64,000 nt of DNA from Ktedonobacterales bacterium. GTDB taxonomy: Bacteria > Chloroflexota > Ktedonobacteria > Ktedonobacterales > JADMIN01. Numbering within the stretch: the stretch's first letter is position 1; every line of letters starts with the position of its first letter. Made by a program: the position numbers and the translations under genes. This document shows positions 45,274 through 54,100 of this stretch, piece by piece. Under the pieces are notes generated by a model. That model did not search any database. It saw only the letters and a program-made list of their open reading frames with translations, and was not told the DNA's origin. The stretch covers positions 1,857,052-1,921,051 of the forward strand of contig CP126532.1 of NCBI GenBank assembly GCA_030167145.1. The letters are read 5' to 3'.

Positions 45274-47385
45274 CTATTTGCCCTTCACGTAGCCCTTCGC
45301 GCGCAGTTGCTGGCCGATGGAGGACCAGTCGTATTTGCCGGTAAGCAGTTGTTGCCATGCTGCTTTGGCTTCTTTCCATGGTATCACTTCGCAGAAGGGG
45401 GCGATGTTGAGGAGCACGCCGTCGTTGAGGTCGGGGGTGAGGTAGTGGCGGGCGGCGCGGTCGAGGGCGTCGTGAAATTCGCGCAGGTCGGCGAGCAGGG
45501 TTTCTTGGCGGTCCAGGGCCTGGGCGGCGCGCCGGGCTTCGGGGCCGGTGGGTCCGGCGGCGGCTTTGGCGGCGTGTAGTTCGTCGAGGCGCTGTTCTTC
45601 GAGCCGGATTTTGGGCAGGAGGTGGAGGGTGAGGGCTTTGAAGATGAGGTCGGCGTCGAGGCGGTGGTAGTAGAGCCAGATGGCGTAGTGGCGTTTGGGG
45701 GATTGCAGCAGCCAGTAGATGGGGGCTTTGCGGCGGCTCTTGGAGTAGCGCGAGATGTGGAAGTCGAAGAAGAGGCGCGGGTTGCGGAGATATTCGCGCA
45801 GGTCGCGCACGCCGAGCAGCGCGCAGGCTTCGGCTTCGATGGCGCTGGCGCGGTCGCCCCAGAGGTGATCGAGGACGAGGCGGATGCGGCGCAGGAGGTC
45901 GTTGGGGGCGTCGGGGTCGTCTACGAGGATGCCGTCCCAGGCGATACCTAACCCCCCGGCCCCCTTCCCTGCGAGGGAAGGGGGAGTGGAGGGGGCGTCG
46001 AGCGTGGTGGGGTCGGGGAGGGTGATGGCGTTGGGACGGGTGCGGAGCCAGGCTTCGCTGGCGATGTGGTCGCGGGTGGCGGGGAGGCCGTCGTGGCCGA
46101 CCAGCGCGCCGGGGGCGCAGACGGGCAGCGGGGCGAAGGGGTCGGCAAGGCGCGGGGCGAGCGTGGGGTCGTGGGCGATACGCACGTCCCAGCGGCCAAA
46201 GGCGCAGCCGAGGGCGTACATGATGAGGTTGGCAGCTTCGGTGCGGGCGCGCTGAAGTCCGTTGCCGGCATTGGCGTTGGATTGAGCATCGCGCTCTTCG
46301 TCGCGGTCGTCGCCAGCTTCGTCGCCAGTCGCCACGGCTCCTACTTCCGCTGGCGGCGAAGATGCCTCGATATGGGCGCGATCATCGGGGGAGAAGCCGT
46401 AGAGGGCGTAGCAGCGGTCATCTATCTCGCGCTGGATGGTGGCGAGGCGCTGGACGCGGGCGGCGTCTGCGTTGGCGAGGAGGCTGAGGGCGGCGGCGAG
46501 GGTGGGCTGGGCGCGCAGGCGGACGAGCGCGGGGACGGTGAAGGGGTGGGTGACTTCGTCGTCGCGGTCAGATTCCCGCTTGCAGTCGTGGGCCTCGCGG
46601 GCGAGGGTGGCGAGGGTGTGCGCGTCATCGGCGCTGAGGTCGGGGACGGGGGTACGCTGGACGACACCGACTTCGTAGGAGCCGAACGCCATTTGCATCG
46701 AGAGCAGCGCGCCGAAAGAGGCTGAGTTGACCATGGCGAGCAACGCGAGGAGATCTGTCGGCTCGTCATCTGAGACGAATAGGGCCGGGCCTTTGTCGGC
46801 GAAGATGCAGCCAGCGGGCATGACGCGCACGCTGAAGCCGCCTTGCGTGCGGCGGGGGTAGGTGAGGCCGGGGCGGAAGTAGTAGTCGAGGGCCTCGGGG
46901 CGCTCTATCTCGCGACCGGGGCGTCCATAGAAGTTGCGGTAGGTGTGGCGCGATTCGTCCCAATCAGCAAGTAGGTGCATATCGTAGTAGAAGGGCGAAT
47001 AGCTACCGCCTTTCGCAAATGTTGCCCATCTGATGTTCCAGCTAACTGTAATGGGTAATACCTCCCACCACGTTCGAACACGTTGGAAATCATCGCCAGT
47101 GCTTGAGCCTCGGCGCGCCTCACGTCCATCCCCTTCGAAGGGCGGGAGTTCGGTGAAGAGTCGGCGTACATCCTCGCTGACCCAGTAGGCGAAGGGGGAG
47201 CCGGGGATCTGGCGGAAGGAGGCGGGGTCGAGGGTGAAGAGACCTAACCCCCCCAGCCCCCCTTCCCTACGTGGGAAGGGGGGAGTGGTGGCGGCGCGGT
47301 GGGCGGCGGTGGCGGCGCGTAGGGCGGCGGGTTTGTCGTCGGCGGCGAGGAGGCGGATGAAGGTGGTGGTGTGGGGCATGGTCAT
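45274..47385 (-). CDS. pglX: PglX-like protein, C-terminal half (specificity and C-terminal domains) of the split second paralog
   Basis: It is colinear with residues after the MTase core of the full-length paralog (FRQIPGSPFAYWV vs FDAIPGSPWVYQI; KAPIYWLLQSPKRHYAIWLYYH vs KRPIYWLLQSPKRGYGVYLFAE; DLNDGVLLNIAP vs ELDDGILINLAP). Confidence 0.8.
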   Translation of the reverse strand: MTMPHTTTFIRLLAADDKPAALRAATAAHRAATTPPFPRREGGLGGLGLFTLDPASFRQIPGSPFAYWVSEDVRRLFTELPPFEGDGREARRGSSTGDDFQRVRTWWEVLPITVSWNIRWATFAKGGSYSPFYYDMHLLADWDESRHTYRNFYGRPGREIERPEALDYYFRPGLTYPRRTQGGFSVRVMPAGCIFADKGPALFVSDDEPTDLLALLAMVNSASFGALLSMQMAFGSYEVGVVQRTPVPDLSADDAHTLATLAREAHDCKRESDRDDEVTHPFTVPALVRLRAQPTLAAALSLLANADAARVQRLATIQREIDDRCYALYGFSPDDRAHIEASSPPAEVGAVATGDEAGDDRDEERDAQSNANAGNGLQRARTEAANLIMYALGCAFGRWDVRIAHDPTLAPRLADPFAPLPVCAPGALVGHDGLPATRDHIASEAWLRTRPNAITLPDPTTLDAPSTPPSLAGKGAGGLGIAWDGILVDDPDAPNDLLRRIRLVLDHLWGDRASAIEAEACALLGVRDLREYLRNPRLFFDFHISRYSKSRRKAPIYWLLQSPKRHYAIWLYYHRLDADLIFKALTLHLLPKIRLEEQRLDELHAAKAAAGPTGPEARRAAQALDRQETLLADLREFHDALDRAARHYLTPDLNDGVLLNIAPFCEVIPWKEAKAAWQQLLTGKYDWSSIGQQLRAKGYVKGK
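45947..45986. repeat. Palindromic element (GGKG family), single copy, in-frame in the pglX C-half
   Basis: CCTAACCCCCCGGCCCCCTTCCCTGCGAGGGAAGGGGGAG, with a 10-11 bp hairpin core. It is translated as PPSLAGKGAGGLG. Confidence 0.85.
47243..47284. repeat. Palindromic element (GGKG family), single copy, in-frame in the pglX C-half
   Basis: CCTAACCCCCCCAGCCCCCCTTCCCTACGTGGGAAGGGGGGA, translated as PPFPRREGGLGGLG. Confidence 0.85.
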
Positions 47386-47451
47386 GGTGGTGTCCTGGTG
47401 TTAGAATGAGCGCAATCCAGTGATCTAGAGGGGGAAGGTTGGAGCCTTCGG

Positions 47452-47478
47452 CGGCCCTGTATAGGGCCGTTTTTGTTT
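47452..47478 (+). terminator. Plus-strand rho-independent terminator inside the BREX operon gap
   Basis: CGGCCCT, loop GTAT, AGGGCCG, followed by TTTTTGTTT on the plus strand, which is antisense to the operon. Confidence 0.5.
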
Positions 47479-47496
47479 ATGCGAGTTGTGACTGAT

Positions 47497-47928
47497 CTAG
47501 GGAATGTACCAGCCTCTACGCGAGCGGCGGCCTTTGCCATATTGCGCTGGGATGCCGATGCCTAGCTCGTCTTCGGTGCGGTGCGTGCGGTGGGTGCGGG
47601 TAATGTTGGTGTCGCGGTATTCGGTCTCCCAGTCGTGGTGTTTGTGGCGCGGTCGGTCAGGCTTTTTGCGCGTGCGCTTCGCCGGTGGTCGTGGCTGGGC
47701 GGGACGGGTGAACCAGTCGGTGATGCCTCGCGCGGGCTTGGTTTCGAGTCCGGCGGGCGTGGGCAGCCCAGGGCCGGTCACGTAGTAGAAGCAGTGTGTG
47801 CCTTTCGCTGGCTGCTGCCGGAGCTTGTCCGCGTGGGTGGTGGCTTCGGCGAGCGTCTTGAAGCTGGCGGCTAGCTTATGCTGGTCCCCGATGCGGCGGT
47901 AGACCGAGTATTTGCTCATGGTACCCAT
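47497..47928 (-). CDS. Small basic hypothetical protein inserted between the two pglX halves
   Basis: RBS GGAGAGGA precedes ATGGGTACCATG. 143 aa. The structured-looking N-terminal ~55 aa are followed by a strongly basic tail (KRTRKKPDRPRHKHH...GKGRRSRRGW). Confidence 0.6.
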   Translation of the reverse strand: MGTMSKYSVYRRIGDQHKLAASFKTLAEATTHADKLRQQPAKGTHCFYYVTGPGLPTPAGLETKPARGITDWFTRPAQPRPPAKRTRKKPDRPRHKHHDWETEYRDTNITRTHRTHRTEDELGIGIPAQYGKGRRSRRGWYIP

Positions 47929-47997
47929 CCTCTCCGCGAGTTCAAGGGCGAACGTCTGTCGCGATCATGCCAACAGTATGAGTATGGCGACGATAGT

Positions 47998-50358
47998 TCA
48001 TGGGTTTTTCTCCAGAACGTAGGCGGCGGTTTCGACCATGGCGGTATCGAGGACGCCGTAGCCGAGGTCGGCGAGGGCGATGGGGCGGGCTTCGGTGAGC
48101 AGGATGTCTTCGCGCCACTTCTGGAACGAGGTGAGGAAGAAGCCGGTGCGCGAGGTAATGGCGCCGAGGCGTCCGCTGGGTTCGAGCAGGGCGAGGCCGC
48201 GTTCGACGAAGGCGGCGTAAAGATCATTTTTGGTGCGGGGATAGGTTTTCTCGATGTAGGGCTTGGCGGGGGCGCTGGGTTCGCCGAACGGGGGATTCAT
48301 CAGTACGACGCTGTAGCACTTCTCCAGCAGTTCGATGAGCGCGAAGCCACGGGCGGCGTCCTCGGCGAAGAGGTGGCGAGTGTAGTCGTCGTCGCTGGTG
48401 GTGGCGTCTTCGGCAAAGCGGCGCAAGGCGGCGAGGACGCGCGGCTCGGCCTCGGTTTCGTAGAAGCGCGCGTCGGAGACACCTTCGTAGTTGAGCGTCT
48501 GCTGTTGTGGTGGCTGCCCCTGCGCGAAGAGGGTAAGCTGGACGTTGCCACCGCCGGTTCTGATCCACTCGCGTTTGGCGTTGGCGATCTCCTGGCGCAG
48601 GGCGACCTCGACCTGGAGCAGCGAGCCAGCCTCACCGGCGAGGCGCATCTCACCCCATATATCGCGGACAAAGGGGTCGAGCGCGGGCGGATCGAGGGTC
48701 TTGGTGAAGGCGTCGAGCAGGTCACGCTCGCCGGGCATTGGCTCGGCATAGACGAGATTGGCGCGGCGGATGGGCGGGCGCTGGTCGCGCGGGAGGCTGA
48801 GCGCGGCGTATTCGCGCTGGGCGCGCAGCCAGAGGGCGAGCGCGGCGATCTGGACGGCGCGGAGGTCAATATCTACGCCGTGCAGGTTGTGGCGTAAGAT
48901 CAGGGCGGGAACGGCGGCTTGATACGCGGGGAAGTCGCTGGCGAACTCGCTCTGGAGCGCGGGGCCGAGGTCATCATCTGCCCAGGCTTCGTGATAGATG
49001 CGCACGAGCAGGTCGAAGCAGTAGAGCAGGAAGTGGCCGCTGCCGCAGGCGGGATCAAGGATACGTAGTTCGCGGGGGTCGCGCTTGGCGCGATGGGGGA
49101 TGATTTCGACTTCGCGATTCCACGCCTCGCAGATGGCGCGATGGAGTGCCCGCCAGTAGTCCAGGTCTTTGCCCTCTGGCGTCTCGCCGAAGTGATGCCA
49201 GCGGCGCTGCTCAAAGAAGAGACAGAGGCGTAGCTCTTCGAAGCTGCCGTTGATATTGCCCGTCTCGACGTATTCTTGCTGCTTGTCGTTCGCAATGGAA
49301 GCGACCATATCGAAATCGCGCGCTTCCGCAGATGTATCGTGCGCCAGGTGTGTCTGGGCGTAGGCATAGCCGTCTACCGTGAGCGCATAGCGCATTATGG
49401 CGTCAACAGAGGTTGCGGCGGGATTGGGGCGGGTCCACAGCTCTCCACCACCCTCGCCCGGCATCACCCACGCGTCCTGTTCGGCATTGAACATGAGCGG
49501 CTCGTGCTGACCACGGCGCAGCCAGATGGGGTGTGGGGTGATGAGCATCGTTTCACAGAGGGTGGCGAGGCTGGTGTGGCCGTGGGTCATCTCCCACCAG
49601 AGGCGCCCAAGCGTGTTATCTGCCAGGAATTCGACGACGTAGCGCGGGGTGTAGAACTGATTGCGGAAGGCTAACTCGTAGCTGTTGCGCGGGGCCTGGC
49701 TGGCTTTGCGCGCCTCGTCGCGTAGCTCTTTGGGGGTGAAGTACTGGTAAATCCAGCCGATGGTCTCGTCGGCGTCCCAGACGCTGGCTAGCTCGGCATC
49801 GTTGAGGAGGGCGAGCACGTCTTCGAGCACGCGCTGTGGCGGGAAGAGCCGGTTGGCGGGGTCGTGCGGCGAGAAGAGGGCGGGCAGCTCGCTGGCCAGG
49901 GTCTGCCCAGTCCATTCGAGGAAGTGGCGATAGGCGAGATCCTGGCGGCCAGCGGACCAGAGGGTTTCTTCGCCGGGATTGTCGGCGAGATAGAACTTGA
50001 AGCCGTTGCTGTTGAGGCTACGGGAGACGGTCTCGCGGATGAGCTTGCGGCGTTCGAGCAGCTTGTAGGCGCAGAGGCGATTGAGATGCGTGAAGGCGAC
50101 TTCGCGGATAAGCTGAGCGACGGCATCGTGCGCGGAGAAGCGGCGGGCGCCGAGGTGGGCGAGATACCGCACGACCTGCGCGCGATAGGCGAGGTCGGCG
50201 GGGGAGAGGTGGGCCATGCGCGCGGCTGGCTCGACTGCGCCGTGGCGGTGGATGCCAAACTGGCCTTCGAGTAGCTCGGCGACGGTGTCTTCGAGCAGCT
50301 TGCGGCACTGTGTGACGGCGAGGCGCAGGGTGTTGCGGATAGATTTATCGAGTGTCAT
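47998..50358 (-). CDS. pglX: PglX-like N6-adenine methyltransferase, N-terminal half of the split second paralog
   Basis: N-terminal helical domain (REVAFTHLNRLCAYKLLERRKLI; DETIGWIYQYF). MTase motif I is ILDPACGSGHFLLYCFD and motif IV is VLMNPPFGEPS. It ends right after the MTase core (AAYVLEKNP*). Confidence 0.85.
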   Translation of the reverse strand: MTLDKSIRNTLRLAVTQCRKLLEDTVAELLEGQFGIHRHGAVEPAARMAHLSPADLAYRAQVVRYLAHLGARRFSAHDAVAQLIREVAFTHLNRLCAYKLLERRKLIRETVSRSLNSNGFKFYLADNPGEETLWSAGRQDLAYRHFLEWTGQTLASELPALFSPHDPANRLFPPQRVLEDVLALLNDAELASVWDADETIGWIYQYFTPKELRDEARKASQAPRNSYELAFRNQFYTPRYVVEFLADNTLGRLWWEMTHGHTSLATLCETMLITPHPIWLRRGQHEPLMFNAEQDAWVMPGEGGGELWTRPNPAATSVDAIMRYALTVDGYAYAQTHLAHDTSAEARDFDMVASIANDKQQEYVETGNINGSFEELRLCLFFEQRRWHHFGETPEGKDLDYWRALHRAICEAWNREVEIIPHRAKRDPRELRILDPACGSGHFLLYCFDLLVRIYHEAWADDDLGPALQSEFASDFPAYQAAVPALILRHNLHGVDIDLRAVQIAALALWLRAQREYAALSLPRDQRPPIRRANLVYAEPMPGERDLLDAFTKTLDPPALDPFVRDIWGEMRLAGEAGSLLQVEVALRQEIANAKREWIRTGGGNVQLTLFAQGQPPQQQTLNYEGVSDARFYETEAEPRVLAALRRFAEDATTSDDDYTRHLFAEDAARGFALIELLEKCYSVVLMNPPFGEPSAPAKPYIEKTYPRTKNDLYAAFVERGLALLEPSGRLGAITSRTGFFLTSFQKWREDILLTEARPIALADLGYGVLDTAMVETAAYVLEKNP

Positions 50359-51170
50359 CAGGAAACACCCCTCAGCGTGACGACGAGGTCGGCGTGTTGG
50401 GCGTGTTCGGCCACGAGTTCATCGAGGGCGAGGCAGATGTGCTTGATGGTATCCACGGATTGCGTGGCCCAGGAATAGCTGATCTCCTGCACCTTGCCGT
50501 CGGGGCTGGCTTGTGCGCGGTCGGCGCGGTGGACGATGTCGTTGCGGCGGCGAGTGGTTTCGTCAATGACGCTCATCAGCTCTTTCTTGTCGCGCTGGAG
50601 CTTGGCGGCGATCTGATCCCAGGGCTTTTCGAGGCTGAGCAGCGCGCCGACAACATGCACACCCTTGCGCGAACTGAGGTATTTGAAGGAGGTCTGCGCG
50701 AGGATGCGGTTGGCGATGAAGAGCGGGGCGTCGGGATCGCCGAGCAGCCGGAGGGTCTCGGAGAGCGAGAAGGTGAGGTCTTTGAAATACTCTTCGATGC
50801 TGGGATCGGGTGGCAGGAAGTCGCGCCCGCGCGCGGCGATCACCTGGGGGAGATTGGCGCGGAGCACGGATGGCAAGTAGGCGTCGAGTGCGGTGCAAGC
50901 GGCGACGACCGATTGGCGCAGCAGGTTGGCGAGCGACTGGCGTCGCAGGGCGCTCTTGGGGATCTGGGCGCTCTCGCGGACGAGGCCGACGAAGATCTCG
51001 TTGTAGATCAGCATCAGGTCTTCGTCGTGCTGGGCATGGACGATGCCGGCCAGCGCGGTGACCAGCTCGCCATCGGTCTGGATGGTCTGGCAGTCGAGCA
51101 GGCGGTAGACGCGCAGCAGCAGTTCGGCGGGGCGCATGGTGTCTTCGAATACCTGGCGTGGACTCGTCAC
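50358..51170 (-). CDS. HEPN-like (RiboL-PSP-type) protein embedded in the BREX operon
   Basis: Alpha-helical 270 aa protein with an Rx4H motif (ETTRRRNDIVHRAD) in the C-terminal third. Its stop overlaps the pglX-N start (TGATG). It lies 23 nt downstream of brxC. Confidence 0.65.
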   Translation of the reverse strand: MTSPRQVFEDTMRPAELLLRVYRLLDCQTIQTDGELVTALAGIVHAQHDEDLMLIYNEIFVGLVRESAQIPKSALRRQSLANLLRQSVVAACTALDAYLPSVLRANLPQVIAARGRDFLPPDPSIEEYFKDLTFSLSETLRLLGDPDAPLFIANRILAQTSFKYLSSRKGVHVVGALLSLEKPWDQIAAKLQRDKKELMSVIDETTRRRNDIVHRADRAQASPDGKVQEISYSWATQSVDTIKHICLALDELVAEHAQHADLVVTLRGVS

Positions 51171-51193
51171 GTGTGGCCCTCCTTCTCCTTGTC

Positions 51194-54100
51194 CTATTCG
51201 ACGATGATGCTGGCGCCCTGGGCGAGCAGCTTGAACAGTTCGTCGCGGAGCTTGTCGAGCGCGGCGTTCACGGCGGCTTCGGTGTCCAGGGAGTCGGGAA
51301 AGAATTCGGCGGCGCGCACGTGCGAGATGGCGCTCTGGCCGCGCTCCGCCGTATCGGGCGCAAGGGTCAGCTCCTGGATGCGCGCGAGCGCCTGGGATTT
51401 GAGGCCAGCGAGGGCGAGCAGGTCGGATTCGATTTGGCTGAGCGTCGCGTGGCAGTGCGGGCAGACGCTGGCCGTATCGTCGAGATGAAGACCTTCGATG
51501 CAGGCGCGCTGGGTCAGGGGATCGAGCAGCGCCGGACGGGAGGCTTCGGGCACATTGGGCCAGTTGGCGCTGCCCTTGATCGCGTCAATCGCGGCATCGA
51601 AGTGACTGTGCCGTTTCGCGTGCAGCCCCTCGTAGACATCGGCGTAGGCGGCGGCGAGCGCGCGGGTCATGTCGCGCAGGTGGGGCAAGCGCTCGTAGAG
51701 CGTGCTGTCACCGAGGATGTGCTGTATTTCCGCGGCTTTGTCGTCCAGCCCGTCGGTTGCGCCACGGGCTTGCAGGATGGGCCATTGCTGGTCGAGGACA
51801 CGCCGGGCGTCGCGGACGGTGGCGACGATGTGCTGCTCGGTCAGCGCTTCGCGGATGCGCCGGGCCTGGGCGCGCAGCTCTTTGAGGGAGGTGCTTTCGC
51901 CGGCGAGGGTGCGCACGCAATCGTCTGAGGCGGCGTTCTGGATGGCGGTGAGGGACTGGTAGTAGTCGTCGAGCAGGTCCATGCCGGGGAGGTCGTTGGC
52001 GCGGACCTCGGCGCGGGCGGGCAGCAGGAGCGCAATCTCCGCGTTGGCCAGCTTCTTCAGGCTTTCGGCGATGGCGCCTTCTTCGACATCCACCTCATCG
52101 CCGGTGAGGGTCTCGAAGCCACGCACGGCGGCGGTGAGGGTGCGCAAATCAATAGATTCGCGCGGGGTGAACGAGGCGCTGCGGAAGGCGGGGTTGGAGG
52201 TGAGCGGAGTGCGGCAGAGTGGGTCTTGCGCGTTGCGGTAGCGCCGGCCCTGATAGGTCACCTCGACGGCGCCCGCGCGCAGCAGCAGCGCCAGCACCAG
52301 CTTGATGACGTCGAGTTCCCAGCCGTAGGAAAGGCCGGTGAAGTGGGCCTCCAGCTCTTTGCCGGTGACGCGGTTGCCGTAGGAGTGCTCTTTCTTGAGA
52401 TAGTCGAGCACCTCTTTGGCGATCTCGGCGTGGACATGGGGGACGAACTTCGCGCCCTCTTTGGTGACGAGGTTGAGGCCGTGCTCGCCACCGTAGAATA
52501 CTTGCGGGAGCGCGTTGAGGTTGGCGGCTTTGAGCACTTCGTCGGCTTCGTTGCCAGTGAGGCCGGGGCGAGCGCCCATCTCGAGCTTGGGATAGAGGTC
52601 GGGGACGACGGCGTTGAAGAGATTTCGGAAGATTTCGGCGAGCGATCTGCCGAGGTCGGAGGCGTCTTTGGAGATGCCGCGAAAGATGCTCTGGCCGCGT
52701 GCGAGCGCCGCCTCCAGCTTCTCGCGCAGGCGACTCTGGTAGCGCGCTTGCTCGCGTTTCTCGGCATCGAGGAGGGGGGTAAGCTCGGCGGCACGCTCGC
52801 CCTGCGCGCCCGCCTGGCTATATTTGGCGATCATCTGGCTGGAGGCATGCACCTGATTGATCAAGGTGTCTAACTCGGCATCCAGGGCGAAGATCCAGTA
52901 GATGTCGTTGGTGTGGTCGCCCATGCGGCTCTCGCTGCGGGCGTCTTCCAACCGGCTGGCAAGCTCGGTCGGCGCGTCGGCGACGCGGAGGGTGAGCGGA
53001 ATATCGCCCGTCGCAAGGCGCACGTCGTCCATGGTCAGTCCGACCTTGAAGGTGCGCTTGAGCGGGTGCTGGTAGGTGAGCAGTTTTTGGTCGGAGAAGA
53101 TTTTTAGCAGGGACTCGCGTTGAATCTCGTTGCGCTCGCGGGGTTTGGGTTCGAGATACTGCTTGCGCTCGGTATCCCAGTTCTTCTCCTGGGCGGTGAG
53201 CAGTTTCCAGCCTTCTTCGGTATGGCGGACGAACTGCGCTTGCTCCAACCTGCGGATCGCCGCTTGTACCTGCGGCAGCGGCGCGGACGCGCCCACCTGA
53301 TCCACCAGCACGGCGGCGACGTTGGCGTCGGTGCGAGGCAGGTCGCGCACGAATTCGAGCAGGCAGAGCGCCTTGGCGACGCGGGCGGCCCAGCCGGCAT
53401 CGTCGCGGTCACTCTTGAAGCGTTCGGTGATGTCGCTGATGTCTTTCTGCTTCTCAGACGAGAGACTGCCCTCGACCAGCTCGTAGATCAGATCGAGGGT
53501 GACGAGCCGCCCGACGGGCTGCCGCGCGAGATCGGTGCGCGGCGCGGTGAGCATGGAGTGCGCTTGTTTGATGATGGTGCGGTTGCTGCCGCTGATGTGG
53601 CGCGGCGCGCCGGGTTGGGAGCGGATGCCAGTCATGATATCTATCGAGAGGTCAATGTAGTGCGGCAGGTAGGGGTAGAAGCGCACGAAGTCGTCTTCGC
53701 GCACCTCACTCTTGCGGCTGGTGCGCTCCAGATGGCAGGAGGTGTTGAGCTGGCCCTGCGCCTGGGCGAAGATCTGGCGCAGTTCGGGGACGGCGCTGGG
53801 CTTCTTATCGAGCACGCGCTTGGTGGCGACTTCGCTGATGTCGGCGGGGGTGAGGTCCACGCGATGGCGGAAGCGGTCCTGCACCATGGCGAGCTGCACG
53901 CGGCGCGAGTCGAGGGCGGAGACGACTTCTTCGAGTTTCTCCTGGCTGGTGACGATGATCCAGATGGGGGCGATGGCCTGGCGGGCGCGGATGCGGTTCT
54001 TGCTCTCCTGGCCGAAGTGTTCGACCACGGCGCGCAGATCGTTGAGCTTGTCGGCGCTCTGCGAGACATACTGGCCCACTTCGTCTACGATGAAGGTGAG

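Noticed and set aside
45274-50358. Calling the split pglX a plain pseudogene.
   Set aside because: Both halves are long, uninterrupted and start/stop cleanly at a domain boundary. They are kept as CDSs, with the alternative noted in the findings.
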